Both the position numbers and the translations under genes were made by a program. This document shows, piece by piece, positions 52,555 through 62,803 of a stretch of DNA of 64,000 nucleotides. Numbering within the stretch: the stretch's first letter is position 1; each line of letters begins with the position of its first letter. The stretch is from Thermodesulfobacteriota bacterium (lineage in GTDB: Bacteria; Desulfobacterota; Desulfarculia; JACQYL01): the NCBI GenBank assembly GCA_963675595.2, contig CAXXLZ010000001.1, forward strand, positions 1,120,001 through 1,184,000, given 5' to 3'. The notes under the pieces were generated by a model that saw nothing but the letters and a program-made list of their open reading frames with translations, did not search any database and was not told where the DNA came from.

Positions 52555-53220
52555 CTACATCATGGTGAAGAGCATGCTCTGCACCTCGGCGTAATTCTCC
52601 CTTACAGCTCCCAGACCGCTCACCGGCTCCCCGTGCCCGGGCAGAATCCATTCACAGTCGAGTTCCGCGACCTTGGCGATGCTCTCCCGCAGCAGCTTCG
52701 TGCTGCCTTCCGGAAAATCGGTCCGTCCCACTCCCTGTTTGAAAAGCAGGTCCCCGGTAATGAGAGCCTTCATGGATGGGAGATGGTAGCAGACGGACCC
52801 GGGAGAGTGGCCGGGCGTGTGAATGACTTCCAACGTCATGGAACCCAGGTTCAGGAGACCTTCCCGAAGCAGAAAGGAGGGTTGGAATTCGGGTGGAGAG
52901 CCTCCCATGGCTTCATAGAACGCTCCCCCGGTCCCTTTGAGGTAGGCCGACTCCGCCTCGTGAAGGGCGGTTTTGGGCTTCCCCTTGGGCCATGCCGCTG
53001 CGCCTTCCAGATGGTCCGGATGGCAGTGGGTGAGGAGTATCAAATCGATGCTCTCGGGTGGAAAACCGTCCTGCCGCATTTCTTCGATCCGAGCTGAAAG
53101 AAGATGCTCGTGACCCGGGTCGATGACCGTTCGGAGGTCGCCGTCGATGAGATAGGCGTTGCAGTTGTTCTCCGTGAGGCCGGTCCACGGGTACCAGTAG
53201 ATGTTTCCGGCCAGATGCAT
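52555..53220 (-). CDS. MBL-fold metallo-hydrolase
   Basis: IDPG, THCHPDH, HTPGHS, TGDLLF, PGHG. Confidence 0.92.
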   Translation of the reverse strand: MHLAGNIYWYPWTGLTENNCNAYLIDGDLRTVIDPGHEHLLSARIEEMRQDGFPPESIDLILLTHCHPDHLEGAAAWPKGKPKTALHEAESAYLKGTGGAFYEAMGGSPPEFQPSFLLREGLLNLGSMTLEVIHTPGHSPGSVCYHLPSMKALITGDLLFKQGVGRTDFPEGSTKLLRESIAKVAELDCEWILPGHGEPVSGLGAVRENYAEVQSMLFTMM

Positions 53221-53320
53221 CACGTTCTCCTCGCGTTGAGCGGTAATGGGTATCACCGGGCCTGTTTCGGCAGACCCTGTCAAGCCCCCAGTTTTTGGTC
53301 CAGGAGTTATGAGAGTTTTA

Positions 53321-54223
53321 TCATGACTCGCGGTTTTCCATCCCCGGCCCTTGGGGCCTCGGCGAAGCCGAGCTGAGCGAGGCGGAGTCGAGGCCCCAAG
53401 GGCTCGCCGCGAACTGGGCCGGGGTCATGTAATTCAATGCACTGTGCGGTCTTTCCTCGTTATAGGCTTTCCGCCATTTGGCGGCCAGAGTCTGCGCTTC
53501 CTTGATGTTGTTGAAAATTTCCATGTTCAAGAATTCATCCCGAAAACGGCTGTTGAAACTTTCCACGTACCCGTTCTGCCAAGGGGCTCCCGGCTCGACG
53601 AAAAGGGTTCCCACTCCCAGGTCTTTCAGCCAGTTTCTCACCTTTTGGGCTATAAATTCGGGACCGTTATCCGATCGAATGCCCGTTGGAACTCCCCGCT
53701 CGCCCATCAATCGGCTCAGCTCGTTCAAAACGTCTTCACCCGTAATGGAGCGGTTGATCCTCAGGGCCAGGTTTTCCCGAGTAAACTCGTCGACAATGGC
53801 CAAGCACTTGAACTGACGGCCGTCGACCAAGCGGTCATGAATGAAATCCAACGTCCAGACATCATTTGCAAAAGCCGCCTTACGCTTGTTGCACGCATTG
53901 GCATCAACTCCCAGGAAGCGTTTCTTCTTGGCTTTTCGAGGTACCTTGAATCCTTCCTCTTTCCAAAGTCTATGAATTCGCTTGTAGTTTACCGCCCACC
54001 CCGCATCACGCAGCAGCCGAGTGATCCTACGGCATCCAAAACGGGGATGTTCTCCAACCAACCGGTGAAGAGCCTTGATCAGTTCCACCTCATCGTCCCG
54101 TTCCTTCGGCTCATAACGTTGGGTGGATCGGTGTTGACCGGCTACGCGGCAGGCCCGACGCTCTGAAGCGGCATGTTCACTTCGAACATAATCAACCGCT
54201 TTCCTACGACGCGCCGGGCTTAG
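53321..54223 (-). CDS. IS3 transposase OrfB (integrase core), reached by -1 frameshift
   Basis: Frame open from LSPARRRKAV; WTLDF, VDEFTRE, RSDNGPEF, PWQNGYVESFN, YNEERPHSAL. Confidence 0.9.
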   Translation of the reverse strand, partial: LSPARRRKAVDYVRSEHAASERRACRVAGQHRSTQRYEPKERDDEVELIKALHRLVGEHPRFGCRRITRLLRDAGWAVNYKRIHRLWKEEGFKVPRKAKKKRFLGVDANACNKRKAAFANDVWTLDFIHDRLVDGRQFKCLAIVDEFTRENLALRINRSITGEDVLNELSRLMGERGVPTGIRSDNGPEFIAQKVRNWLKDLGVGTLFVEPGAPWQNGYVESFNSRFRDEFLNMEIFNNIKEAQTLAAKWRKAYNEERPHSALNYMTPAQFAASPWGLDSASLSSASPRPQGPGMENRES

Positions 54224-54501
54224 AAGTTTCCCTCCGCAAGATCCTTCAGCATTGCCTTGTCCAACATCAGATCGGCGACCAGCTTTTTTAAGCGTGCATT
54301 TTCCTTTTCCAGTTCTTTTAGCCGTTTGGCCTCCTCAGCCTTCATCCCCCCATACTGGTTTCGCCACCGGTGGTACGTCGCCTCGCTCACCTCCAGCGAT
54401 TGGCAAACCTGCGCTATCGTCTGCCCTGCCGTCAGACGACGGTCCGCGTCTTCAAGTTTCCGGATGATTTGCTCCGCGCTGTGTCTCTTTCTCTTGGCCA
54501 T
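54220..54501 (-). CDS. IS3 transposase OrfA
   Basis: HTH and leucine zipper (RLKELEKENARLKK); ends with slippery G GGA AAC at 54232-54226. Confidence 0.9.
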   Translation of the reverse strand: MAKRKRHSAEQIIRKLEDADRRLTAGQTIAQVCQSLEVSEATYHRWRNQYGGMKAEEAKRLKELEKENARLKKLVADLMLDKAMLKDLAEGNF

Positions 54502-54903
54502 GCAAAAAGTCTCCTTCCGTTCTTTGGGCATTCAGACTCTCATTATACATGGACCAATTATCGGGGGGCATTCCAACCCGAAGCCCTTTTCTATCCACCC
54601 CGCAGCCCCGTGTCAATGCCGGCGTCATGGACATGGGATGATGCGAGTGTTCGGCGGAGGGGATCGAGCGGCTATCGGAAGACATCAACTCAATTAGTGA
54701 AACTATTCGGTAAATTTTGATGTAATTTCAGAAAACTACCTTGCATAGGCATATAATCTATGACATATAATATATATTTAGCCTTATTGTCGTATTATGG
54801 ATGATCAGCATGATTTGAAGCTGTAATCCCACAGCGCACGGGGCGATGAGAATGGAGAAGAATGGGCCTGACCAATAGATGAAGAGTGAAAGGAGAAATT
54901 CAT

Positions 54904-55440
54904 ATGAACAAACGAGTAACGGTTGCCGTGCTGATGCTGCTGGTCCTGTTTTCGTGCGCTCACACGAAGTACTTTCTTGAGCCCGTAAATTTCAAACACA
55001 ACTACCCGGCTGCGGTTCCGCCGGGCTCATTAGGGAGAATCTATTTGCAGGATGTAACCATCGGTGCCAATTCCGATCGTTTCGTCAAGCGAGAGCTTAC
55101 GAGGGAAAATTTTCTGGACGCATTGGAAACCGTGCTGTACGCCGTTGGCTATGAAGTGGTTGATGAGCCGGTGGCCCCGGATACGGCGCACCTGAGAGCG
55201 AAACTCTACACGGTTTCGAACAGGGGCGGCTGTAGCGGCGGCTGGAATACCTCACGACTGGATATCGTAATAACTCAAGCGAATGAGGTGGTGTTTCAAA
55301 AAGGTTATACCAACAAACGACGGGGACGAAGTGGGTCCAGGGCGTATACCGCGGCTGTTCGCGCATGTCTTGATCAGTTTTGGAAAGATCTATCTTCACC
55401 GAGGCGGATACGACAATTGAATAATGGTATTATGGGATAA
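54904..55440 (+). CDS. Hypothetical lipoprotein
   Basis: SD AAGGAG; MNKR + hydrophobic core + LFSC lipobox. Confidence 0.75.
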   Translation: MNKRVTVAVLMLLVLFSCAHTKYFLEPVNFKHNYPAAVPPGSLGRIYLQDVTIGANSDRFVKRELTRENFLDALETVLYAVGYEVVDEPVAPDTAHLRAKLYTVSNRGGCSGGWNTSRLDIVITQANEVVFQKGYTNKRRGRSGSRAYTAAVRACLDQFWKDLSSPRRIRQLNNGIMG

Positions 55441-55445
55441 TAGGG

Positions 55446-56813
55446 CTAGTACGACCTAAGGTCAATGCGTTCCTTATTGTAAAATATGTATGAACGATCC
55501 GCTAGGACTTTTCCGGATATGTCGTCATTTGTATAAGAGCTAATGGAGTCTTTCGTTAGGTAGAACTCGTATATGGCGACATTTCTGTTGTTATCGGTCA
55601 CAAAGTTCATGTCGGTTGCTGCAACCTGGAATGAAATACCAACCACAGGAATACATTCGAATGCATCCTGAAAGAACCTGATTCCTTTTCGGACAATTTT
55701 ATCAAATAGATATCTGGAAATTTTATACTGATCGTTGAATTTTATATTCACGTTATTGAATATATTTGTATACGACAAATTGAATTTCATAAACGGCATA
55801 TTTTTGAAATTTTTGGAACTTACCGATAATATTCGACAATCGTGAATATCCATAAAATATTCGATGCCGATCCCTTTGTTCTGAATGTAACAATAAACGT
55901 CATCCTTTGCAGTACGTTCGATTAAATTTGACAGCTTTTCATGTCTGCTTCTGTGCTCCTCGTACAGGCTCTCCAACACATTGTTTGCAGCGACTATTTG
56001 TGTGTAAATATCTCGTACGCTTAAGTAGGCCGGATTATTAGTTGGGAGCCAATTGACGAGATAAGAGGTGATTGATCTCGAAAGGGCCGGCAGATTAACG
56101 GCCATTCTATTATCGTTGGTGTCCGAGTAGGACAGCGTGACGGATTCCGGTTTGTCGGTCGGTAAGAACTTGATCAGTACTTCATCCGTCCCGTAGTCGA
56201 GATGTTCATCCTTGGCTATATTCTCATAGGTATATCGGAATTTTATACATATTTCCCGATTGGGGGCCTTCAAATAGGAAGATGATATTTCTGCATTAAG
56301 GAATTGGCAGTACCTGGTTAGCCTGGTGCACTTAACAACGGATAATTGATATGGAATAGTATTTACTCTTCCTTCCGCGTGGATCCTATCCACTAAGTAG
56401 CGGACGGCCATTTCGAGATAGGTATTGGTATCTCTTAACAGGCTTAACTGCTTGAATCGTTGATTATTGTAGTCATCAATAGAGGCTCCATTTCTCGCCA
56501 GGAGTCTTATTTGATTCCTGAGCTCGCCGTTGTATAGGTTTTTATATTCTTCCCGCTTGCTTAGCATGCACTGCAATCCGGAGTCCCTATAAGCAGTTGC
56601 TGCATAAGGGTCCTTGTCGTTTCCAATCGAATACCGTTCCGGGTATGCACTTCTGAAGTGAGCCAACGACGATTGCTGTGACTTCAGCAGGAGTCCGTCC
56701 AGGGTTATGGACCTATCTATTGTTGTGTCTATGTCCTCGTTTTGGTGCGCACACTGAGCCGTCAAAAGAAGGATGAGAAGAAATACCGAACACTTCCATG
56801 ATGATGGGTTCAC
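55446..56813 (-). CDS. Hypothetical exported protein/lipoprotein, low GC
   Basis: 455-aa ORF, N-terminal hydrophobic signal ending TAQC, visibly AT-rich. Confidence 0.7.
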   Translation of the reverse strand: MNPSSWKCSVFLLILLLTAQCAHQNEDIDTTIDRSITLDGLLLKSQQSSLAHFRSAYPERYSIGNDKDPYAATAYRDSGLQCMLSKREEYKNLYNGELRNQIRLLARNGASIDDYNNQRFKQLSLLRDTNTYLEMAVRYLVDRIHAEGRVNTIPYQLSVVKCTRLTRYCQFLNAEISSSYLKAPNREICIKFRYTYENIAKDEHLDYGTDEVLIKFLPTDKPESVTLSYSDTNDNRMAVNLPALSRSITSYLVNWLPTNNPAYLSVRDIYTQIVAANNVLESLYEEHRSRHEKLSNLIERTAKDDVYCYIQNKGIGIEYFMDIHDCRILSVSSKNFKNMPFMKFNLSYTNIFNNVNIKFNDQYKISRYLFDKIVRKGIRFFQDAFECIPVVGISFQVAATDMNFVTDNNRNVAIYEFYLTKDSISSYTNDDISGKVLADRSYIFYNKERIDLRSY

Positions 56814-57084
56814 TCTTTTAATCCTTGCGGTTTAAGGCGGCATGATCCGGAGAAGGGGACATGCAGTCACGGTGGTTCGTTGATACGGCCGTATAGGTCC
56901 GTTTATATCGATTTTTTACTTATAATAGACCGGTTCATTTTGTCAACCAAACGGATCACGGATTGTTTCGAAGGGGGCGGGGTGGGGGACTTAATGATTA
57001 CGATCGTCGTACCCATTGAAAGTCTCGGGCGTCGTCCGTTATACTTTTCGTCGTCACCTACAAGGAACGGAAAGGAGAAGAGAA

Positions 57085-57708
57085 ATGATAGTGAAGAGTT
57101 ACAGTGTGCTCGTTCTAATCGTGAGCGTGGTTTGGATCGCGGCCTGCGCATCCACGCCGGACACGCCGGAGTTTGAAGCCCAGTTCAACCAGAAGATATT
57201 CACCAATGTCGCCACCTCTCAGCAAATGAAAGTGATCGCTCCCAGGAAGTTGGCCGAGAACTGCCGGATTGTCCGCGACCCCGCCCAGGACCTTCAAGCA
57301 TTCTCTTCCGAGTTGGACGGCAGGACGGCCGAAGTTCTCGCCGGGCGGGGCATGGGGATCATGTTGCCGATTCAGATGGACCGATTCTTCCTCAACCCCA
57401 CGGTCATGGAGGCTCTTCCGGCGGACGGTACGAGTTACGGAGTCCTCTTCAGGCTTATTGACTATAAACCCGTGATCGATGAGGAAAACATCATTCATAC
57501 GGAAGTGGTTCTGTCCGCCGACGTGTATGATCCCGCGGGAAACAGGATCGCCCGGACGGAGGCGACGGGACGCGGGGTGCGCCGCAGGGGATACCGGTTC
57601 TATGCCGCTGTGGAGCTTTCATGCGCCAATGCCCTCGCGGACGGCCTGAACCGGCTCGGGGAGCAGTTGATTTCGGGTACGGTGGTGCCGGATCAGCTTC
57701 TGCGCTGA
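57085..57708 (+). CDS. Hypothetical lipoprotein
   Basis: Signal peptide with IAAC lipobox; SD AAGGAG upstream. Confidence 0.72.
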   Translation: MIVKSYSVLVLIVSVVWIAACASTPDTPEFEAQFNQKIFTNVATSQQMKVIAPRKLAENCRIVRDPAQDLQAFSSELDGRTAEVLAGRGMGIMLPIQMDRFFLNPTVMEALPADGTSYGVLFRLIDYKPVIDEENIIHTEVVLSADVYDPAGNRIARTEATGRGVRRRGYRFYAAVELSCANALADGLNRLGEQLISGTVVPDQLLR

Positions 57709-57719
57709 GACCCTCGGCT

Positions 57720-58316
57720 TTACTTCCGCGTAAGCTGAGCCACCAGGTTGACGAACTGGGTTAACATTTCCGGAGTGTGGTGGAACGCAATGCCGGCCAG
57801 TATCTCATCCGACCGGGTCACAATGTTGCGAACCGATCCTCTCAGATCCTGGATGCTGTGCGAGCCCGGCAGTCGGATGGAGATATCCACGCTTTGTCCA
57901 ACCTCCAGTATGTCGTCCCGGGTGGCCAGAAGACAGCCCTGCAGGGAGAGGTCGCGCAACTCCCCTATGCCTTTTCCGCCCGGTGAGGTGAAGCGGATCT
58001 TCAGATGGAGCCGGTATCTTGGAAAAGACCGCAGGGACCTTCTTTCGATCTCCGTGGGATACCGAATGAACAGCACGGGGTAGGGTTTGAAGATCGTATC
58101 AATGACCCAGGAACGGAAGCCCGTGTAGACTCCCTCGTCCACGTAGCGGAAGATATAATCGCGATGCAGATGCAGAAAGACCGCTCGACCCTCATGCGTG
58201 GGTATGTCGAGGATGACGTACTGATCCTTTTTCCAGCCTCGAATGGCCGAGAAGCCTTTCTTCTTGTCCGGAGTGCCGTCCAGTTCGACGGTCACCGCAG
58301 CGTCCATTGGGAACAT
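57720..58316 (-). CDS. PilZ-domain c-di-GMP receptor (flagellar brake YcgR-like)
   Basis: RSFPR (RxxxR) and DLSLQG (DxSxxG); PilZN-like N-terminal domain. Confidence 0.85.
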   Translation of the reverse strand: MFPMDAAVTVELDGTPDKKKGFSAIRGWKKDQYVILDIPTHEGRAVFLHLHRDYIFRYVDEGVYTGFRSWVIDTIFKPYPVLFIRYPTEIERRSLRSFPRYRLHLKIRFTSPGGKGIGELRDLSLQGCLLATRDDILEVGQSVDISIRLPGSHSIQDLRGSVRNIVTRSDEILAGIAFHHTPEMLTQFVNLVAQLTRK

Positions 58317-58740
58317 GGCGGCCTCTTAACGGAATCCTAAAAGGTGATGAGTGAGGTTCGGCCCGGCTCCATCGACGGTGGGCCTCAAACGGCAGCAAGC
58401 GCCGACCGGGCTTGCAGGGCCTCCTTGAGTATAACCGAATTCCAGGGTCTGTTCGTCGAATTTCTCAGTATTCTGATTCCGTTGAATCAACGGACCGACG
58501 AGTCTTGAACGCACCAGCCGTTTTTCCCCATGGGCGGTCCGTTCCGGAATCTTTTCTTGGTGCTGTGGAATGCTCCATTCAAAAAGGGTGCCCAATAATC
58601 CATGCAGGTATGGATTGGGGTTTAGTTGCGGAATTTCTTGCTGTTTTGATCCCGCGGAAGAAACAGATGAGTGATCTGCGAGACTGGGGGGCTTCCCTCC
58701 GGAGACGCTCCGCTGTAGGCGGTGCGGCCACAATCCAAAG

Positions 58741-58783
58741 TTCCGTGGGGGCTGTGGGGTGCTTCTTTAAAAGCGCCCCACAG
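58741..58783 (-). repeat. REP-like palindrome
   Basis: CTGTGGGGTGCTT-N6-AAGCGCCCCACAG (58752-58783) followed on the minus strand by CCCCC. Confidence 0.5.
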
Positions 58784-58807
58784 TACGGAAATTTCTGCAA
58801 TCAAGCA

Positions 58808-59917
58808 CTAGTCGCGCTCCATGCCGGTGAGGCGTTCCACCAGGGTTTCGAGCGGAGTGTCCATGAGCTCGTAGAACAAGTCCTGTAATATGGAGGACCT
58901 TTGGATGCACGCTTTCCAGCGCCGGATCCTTTCCCCTGGAGCTTTGGCGAACCGAATCCAGTCTTGGCGATCGGGAAGTCTGCCTTCGGGGAGGGAGGCG
59001 ATGAGTTCCGGACCCGGGGATACGGTGATCAGCCGGCTCAGGTTCCGCAGACGGCTTTTAAGCCTGCCTGCCTTCTTATCCAGCCAAGTGGGATACAAAG
59101 GGCCTCCGTGATGGAGGAGCAACGCAGTTTCATCCGGTTGAAGAAAAGGCTCCCGATTCCAAATGTAATCGGCCAGACCGCCGTCGCAATATACTCCTCG
59201 GGGCGCCGAGGGAATGTTCCGGACGCCCGCGACCTTCAAGGGGACCGCTCCGGAAGCGACCAGCACGTGGATGATGTTCTTCTCGGTCAGAGGCACCGAG
59301 GTCCAGTTGGCCAAACGTCTTACGGGACTGTGTCGGCTCTCGAGAGTCTCGAAGGCGACGCCTCGCCAGAAGAGGCCTTGGAATCGTGGCGAAATGAAGT
59401 TGGCCGCCATAGCCGCCGCGAAGCCCGTGAAGGACAAGGCAACGTTGGGATTCCCCAGAAAGGACCCGAGCTGAGCCGCGTGGAAGCACAGCTCGTATTG
59501 CGGATGTGACGGTAACAGACGAGCCGACTCGAGGCTGAGGAACGAGCGGACTGCTCGGTAGAGGGTTTCTCGACGATCATAGGGAGATTCGTTTGCATGA
59601 AAGTGCATGTGGATATAAGCTTCGCGAAACGCCCGGAGAGCACCGGGAGGATCGTAGGAGGAGAGCGCCGCCATGCGCCACGCCCCGGCGGAGGCCCCCG
59701 TCAAAATGATCTTCCGATCGTCGGACCCGGATAGCGCTCCGTGAGCGACGGCATCGTCCACACCGGCAAAAGCGCACCAACGGGGACCCGTGGCCGAGCC
59801 CGCCACGAGGCGGATCGTTCGCGGTGTGATACCCGTATCCCGGACCCTCGGCAGGACGTCCTTTCCGGCACGAACTCGGATCAGGCTTGGGATGGATCGG
59901 GAAAGAACGTGTTTCAT
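58808..59917 (-). CDS. Patatin-like/alpha-beta hydrolase-like protein
   Basis: GASAG nucleophile elbow, ASGAVP, DGG. Confidence 0.75.
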   Translation of the reverse strand: MKHVLSRSIPSLIRVRAGKDVLPRVRDTGITPRTIRLVAGSATGPRWCAFAGVDDAVAHGALSGSDDRKIILTGASAGAWRMAALSSYDPPGALRAFREAYIHMHFHANESPYDRRETLYRAVRSFLSLESARLLPSHPQYELCFHAAQLGSFLGNPNVALSFTGFAAAMAANFISPRFQGLFWRGVAFETLESRHSPVRRLANWTSVPLTEKNIIHVLVASGAVPLKVAGVRNIPSAPRGVYCDGGLADYIWNREPFLQPDETALLLHHGGPLYPTWLDKKAGRLKSRLRNLSRLITVSPGPELIASLPEGRLPDRQDWIRFAKAPGERIRRWKACIQRSSILQDLFYELMDTPLETLVERLTGMERD

Positions 59918-60048
59918 GAGGAACCGATTTGAGGTAGCATTGCGTTCGCTGAGATTCCTTTTGACTTTGCCGCTGTTTTAATGATAATTGTATATAACTG
60001 TTATCCAATTATACACGCCATATTTTTCTTCGAGAATCAACTCATCTT

Positions 60049-61467
60049 ATGGACGAAATTTACATTCCTCCAAGAGGCAACGGAAAACGGGCTTCCTACC
60101 GGCGTAAGCGCAGACCGGGTTACGCGGTGGGATGGATACGCAACCTCTCCGTGGGCTTCGTCGTGGTGGTGCTGCTGCTTGCAGCCCGCTGGCTGGTCTC
60201 GGATACGTCGGCGATTGTCTATTCAAGCAGTCTTTTCCCGGAACCGGTTCCGGAGCCGCCCAAGGAGCTGACCCGGGAAGAGGTGGCCGGGTACTTGGCC
60301 GAGCATTTGGACCTGCTCAGAGACGAAGACGTGGTTACTGCGTTCGATGAAAAGCTGGGTAAGCTATTCCTTTACACTTCCTTGAACCTCGATCTCCAGC
60401 AGAAATTGTCGGATCTTCTGAATGCAAGCCAAGCGGTGGCCGGAGCTGCCGTCGTGGTGGACCCTTGGAGTGGGCAGGTTTTGGCTTTGTCGGATTTCGG
60501 GACCGGGGACCCTCTCCCCGTCTGGGCCAAGGCGTCTCCTGCGGCCAGCGTCTTCAAGATCGTGACCGCCGCCGCCGCCCTGGAGGAGGGTTTGCTGACC
60601 CCCGACAGTACAATCCCGTATAACGGTGCCAAATACACTTTGTATAAAGGAAACCTGAAGCAAACCGTGAACAAATATTCCCATTATGTGCATTTTGACG
60701 AAGCCTTCGGGGATTCGATCAATACGGTTTTCGGAAAGATCGGAATTCACTACACCGGATTCGACACGCTGGCTCATTACGCACAAATGCTGGGATTCGA
60801 GCGGGAATTAGAATCCGACCTGCCGCTGGAGACGAGTCATATACTCCAGGCTGAAACCGAGTTTGAAGTGGCTGAACTGGCTTCAGGCTACAACAAGAGG
60901 ACCAAGATTACTCCCGTGCATGCGGCGCTTCTGCCCGTAACCGTGCTCAATGACGGGCTGTGCCCGCCCGTGGGCGTGATCCGGGAAGTCAAAGATCCCC
61001 AGGGACGGTGCCGATACAGCTTCGATCCCGGCGGGGGGCAAAGAGCCTTGACCGAAGAAGCGGCACAGAAACTGCGCATCCTGATGCAGGCGACGATTCG
61101 GAAGGGTACCTGTGAGAAGGCGTTTCGGTACGTCCGTGCGAAAGCCGACAAGGGAACCGTGGAAGTGGGTGGGAAAACCGGTTATATCGGCAGCTTGGAC
61201 AGGACGCTTCATTACGACTGGTTCACCGGGTATGCTTTGGATCAGAAGAACGCTCGCGCTCTGTGCCTCGCCGTGCTGCTGGTACACGGGCGGAATAGGG
61301 CGGTGCGGGCGAATAGAATCGCCGCCGCTTTCATGAAGGAGTTTCTGGATTCCAGTCCGGCTTCCGAGGGTACCGCCGTCGGTTTGAAACAACAAATGGT
61401 GCCGTCCACACTCCGACACGCGAGTTTGAAATCCGCCCGGTCCCTTGATCCCTCCATAATCCGGTAG
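60049..61467 (+). CDS. Penicillin-binding transpeptidase-domain protein (PbpA-like)
   Basis: TM anchor; SVFK (SxxK), SIN (SxN), KTG. Confidence 0.88.
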   Translation: MDEIYIPPRGNGKRASYRRKRRPGYAVGWIRNLSVGFVVVVLLLAARWLVSDTSAIVYSSSLFPEPVPEPPKELTREEVAGYLAEHLDLLRDEDVVTAFDEKLGKLFLYTSLNLDLQQKLSDLLNASQAVAGAAVVVDPWSGQVLALSDFGTGDPLPVWAKASPAASVFKIVTAAAALEEGLLTPDSTIPYNGAKYTLYKGNLKQTVNKYSHYVHFDEAFGDSINTVFGKIGIHYTGFDTLAHYAQMLGFERELESDLPLETSHILQAETEFEVAELASGYNKRTKITPVHAALLPVTVLNDGLCPPVGVIREVKDPQGRCRYSFDPGGGQRALTEEAAQKLRILMQATIRKGTCEKAFRYVRAKADKGTVEVGGKTGYIGSLDRTLHYDWFTGYALDQKNARALCLAVLLVHGRNRAVRANRIAAAFMKEFLDSSPASEGTAVGLKQQMVPSTLRHASLKSARSLDPSIIR

Positions 61468-61570
61468 CCGCCGTTTCGCAAAGAGGCGGCTCCGGCGCTT
61501 CGAAGAAGCCGTCTTTGGCCGGCCCCGCCGGGTCTTTCCCATGCCGGCCGGCCCACTGTGGGCTCGGATG

Positions 61571-62311
61571 CTAAATCCTGAGCTTTGGGGACTCCCGAAA
61601 GTCCGTCGGCAGCTTGAGTATGTTTTCCGTCACGATTTCCGAGACCTGAATTTCATCCCTCCAAGAAGTGTCAATTTCGAGCAGAGCGGAGCCGCGGCCT
61701 CGGTTCAGTAGAAGAAGGGCCTCTTCGAGTCTCGCGGTCAGAAGCGTCAAGACTTGTGGATTTTCGTGGAGATGGAGCCAATGTTCCCGGGTCGTCAAAT
61801 GCACGGGGTATAATCCTTCGATCCTCTTCAGAATGCGCTGCATTGCCGTGTGAACCGGAGTTTTCAGATAGAAATAGCCGGTTCGGGGCGGGAGTCCGGT
61901 GACGGCAAAACAGACATCCAGGCGCTCCTCAAGACTCCACCGGCGGCTGAGATTAGGGTGGTAGAACTCCTGATAGACTGCGGAGTCCAGGATCGGACAA
62001 CGGGAGGAAAGCACGACCTCGGGACGGAATCTGCGGACCATCCAGGATTCGACAAAGGACAAATAGGCGATGAACAACACGCGGGTCTGACCGATCAGCA
62101 GTCTTTTTCGGGTCTGATCGACCTTCTTGAAAAGAGATTCGAAAAAATCGCCCGCCGAGGGCAGGATGGTTCTGATAGTGCCTCCTTGGCCCAGGAGGTT
62201 CGGACGACCGGGTTTGATCACCCTACGAAATGGGCACAACCCCTGTATCACTCGTAGCGTGGAAGTGCTCTTGCCCGATCCGTCAATGCCCACGATGGCG
62301 AGTCTGAGCAT
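61571..62311 (-). CDS. Thymidylate-kinase-like P-loop protein
   Basis: IVGIDGSGKST Walker A; YLKTP...QRILKR lid-like region; canonical DR motif appears as SR. Confidence 0.65.
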   Translation of the reverse strand: MLRLAIVGIDGSGKSTSTLRVIQGLCPFRRVIKPGRPNLLGQGGTIRTILPSAGDFFESLFKKVDQTRKRLLIGQTRVLFIAYLSFVESWMVRRFRPEVVLSSRCPILDSAVYQEFYHPNLSRRWSLEERLDVCFAVTGLPPRTGYFYLKTPVHTAMQRILKRIEGLYPVHLTTREHWLHLHENPQVLTLLTARLEEALLLLNRGRGSALLEIDTSWRDEIQVSEIVTENILKLPTDFRESPKLRI

Positions 62312-62318
62312 GGGGGAG

Positions 62319-62651
62319 CTATTTCTTGACCAGAGAAATCACCTTGCCGCGTCCCCGTTCAGTCGGATCGGTGGGAGGCGCGTTCACGGGGCGGAAGGGT
62401 TTGATCTTCTCCAGCCTCATGGGAATCGATTGCATGGTGAACTCTTCTCCATGAATCTGTCCGTCATCCAGAATCCAGACAATGGTCTGGAAGTCCAAGT
62501 TGTCCAAGCTCAAGGGAAGGAGTCTGACCTGCCACCAACCCGGTTTTCGGTCGGGCAGAATTTCCTCGACCCGTGCGAAGAAGCCCGGTTTAGTTTCCAC
62601 ATGAATGACGACCAGGTCGTTTTCGACGATGGGTGCCGCAGTCTCTTTCAT
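62319..62651 (-). CDS. Hypothetical protein
   Basis: FFARVEEILPDRKPGWWQV, WILD, FTM; GAGG SD. Confidence 0.7.
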   Translation of the reverse strand: MKETAAPIVENDLVVIHVETKPGFFARVEEILPDRKPGWWQVRLLPLSLDNLDFQTIVWILDDGQIHGEEFTMQSIPMRLEKIKPFRPVNAPPTDPTERGRGKVISLVKK

Positions 62652-62803
62652 CGTTTCGCCTCTCATTCGGTAATGATGCAGTCTATTCGGTACAGGCCGC
62701 GGCTTCAAAGAAAAAACGCCGAGGTGAGGCGGATGATGTGGAAACCTGCCATGGGAGGGGTGACTTCACCAAGCGAGGCATGGTATGGAATCTTTGGAAC
62801 CCG

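Larger units (their letters stand above)
53278..54575 (-). mobile_element. IS3 family (IS407 group) insertion sequence, complete (1298 bp)
   Basis: TG...CA ends; IRs TGTCAAGCCCCCAGTTTTTGGTCCA / TGGAATGCCCCCCGATAATTGGTCCA; 4-bp duplication ACCC at 53274-53277 and 54576-54579. Confidence 0.93.

Noticed and set aside
54220-54232. Transposase frameshift as inactivating mutation
   Set aside because: Normal programmed -1 frameshift of IS3-family elements.
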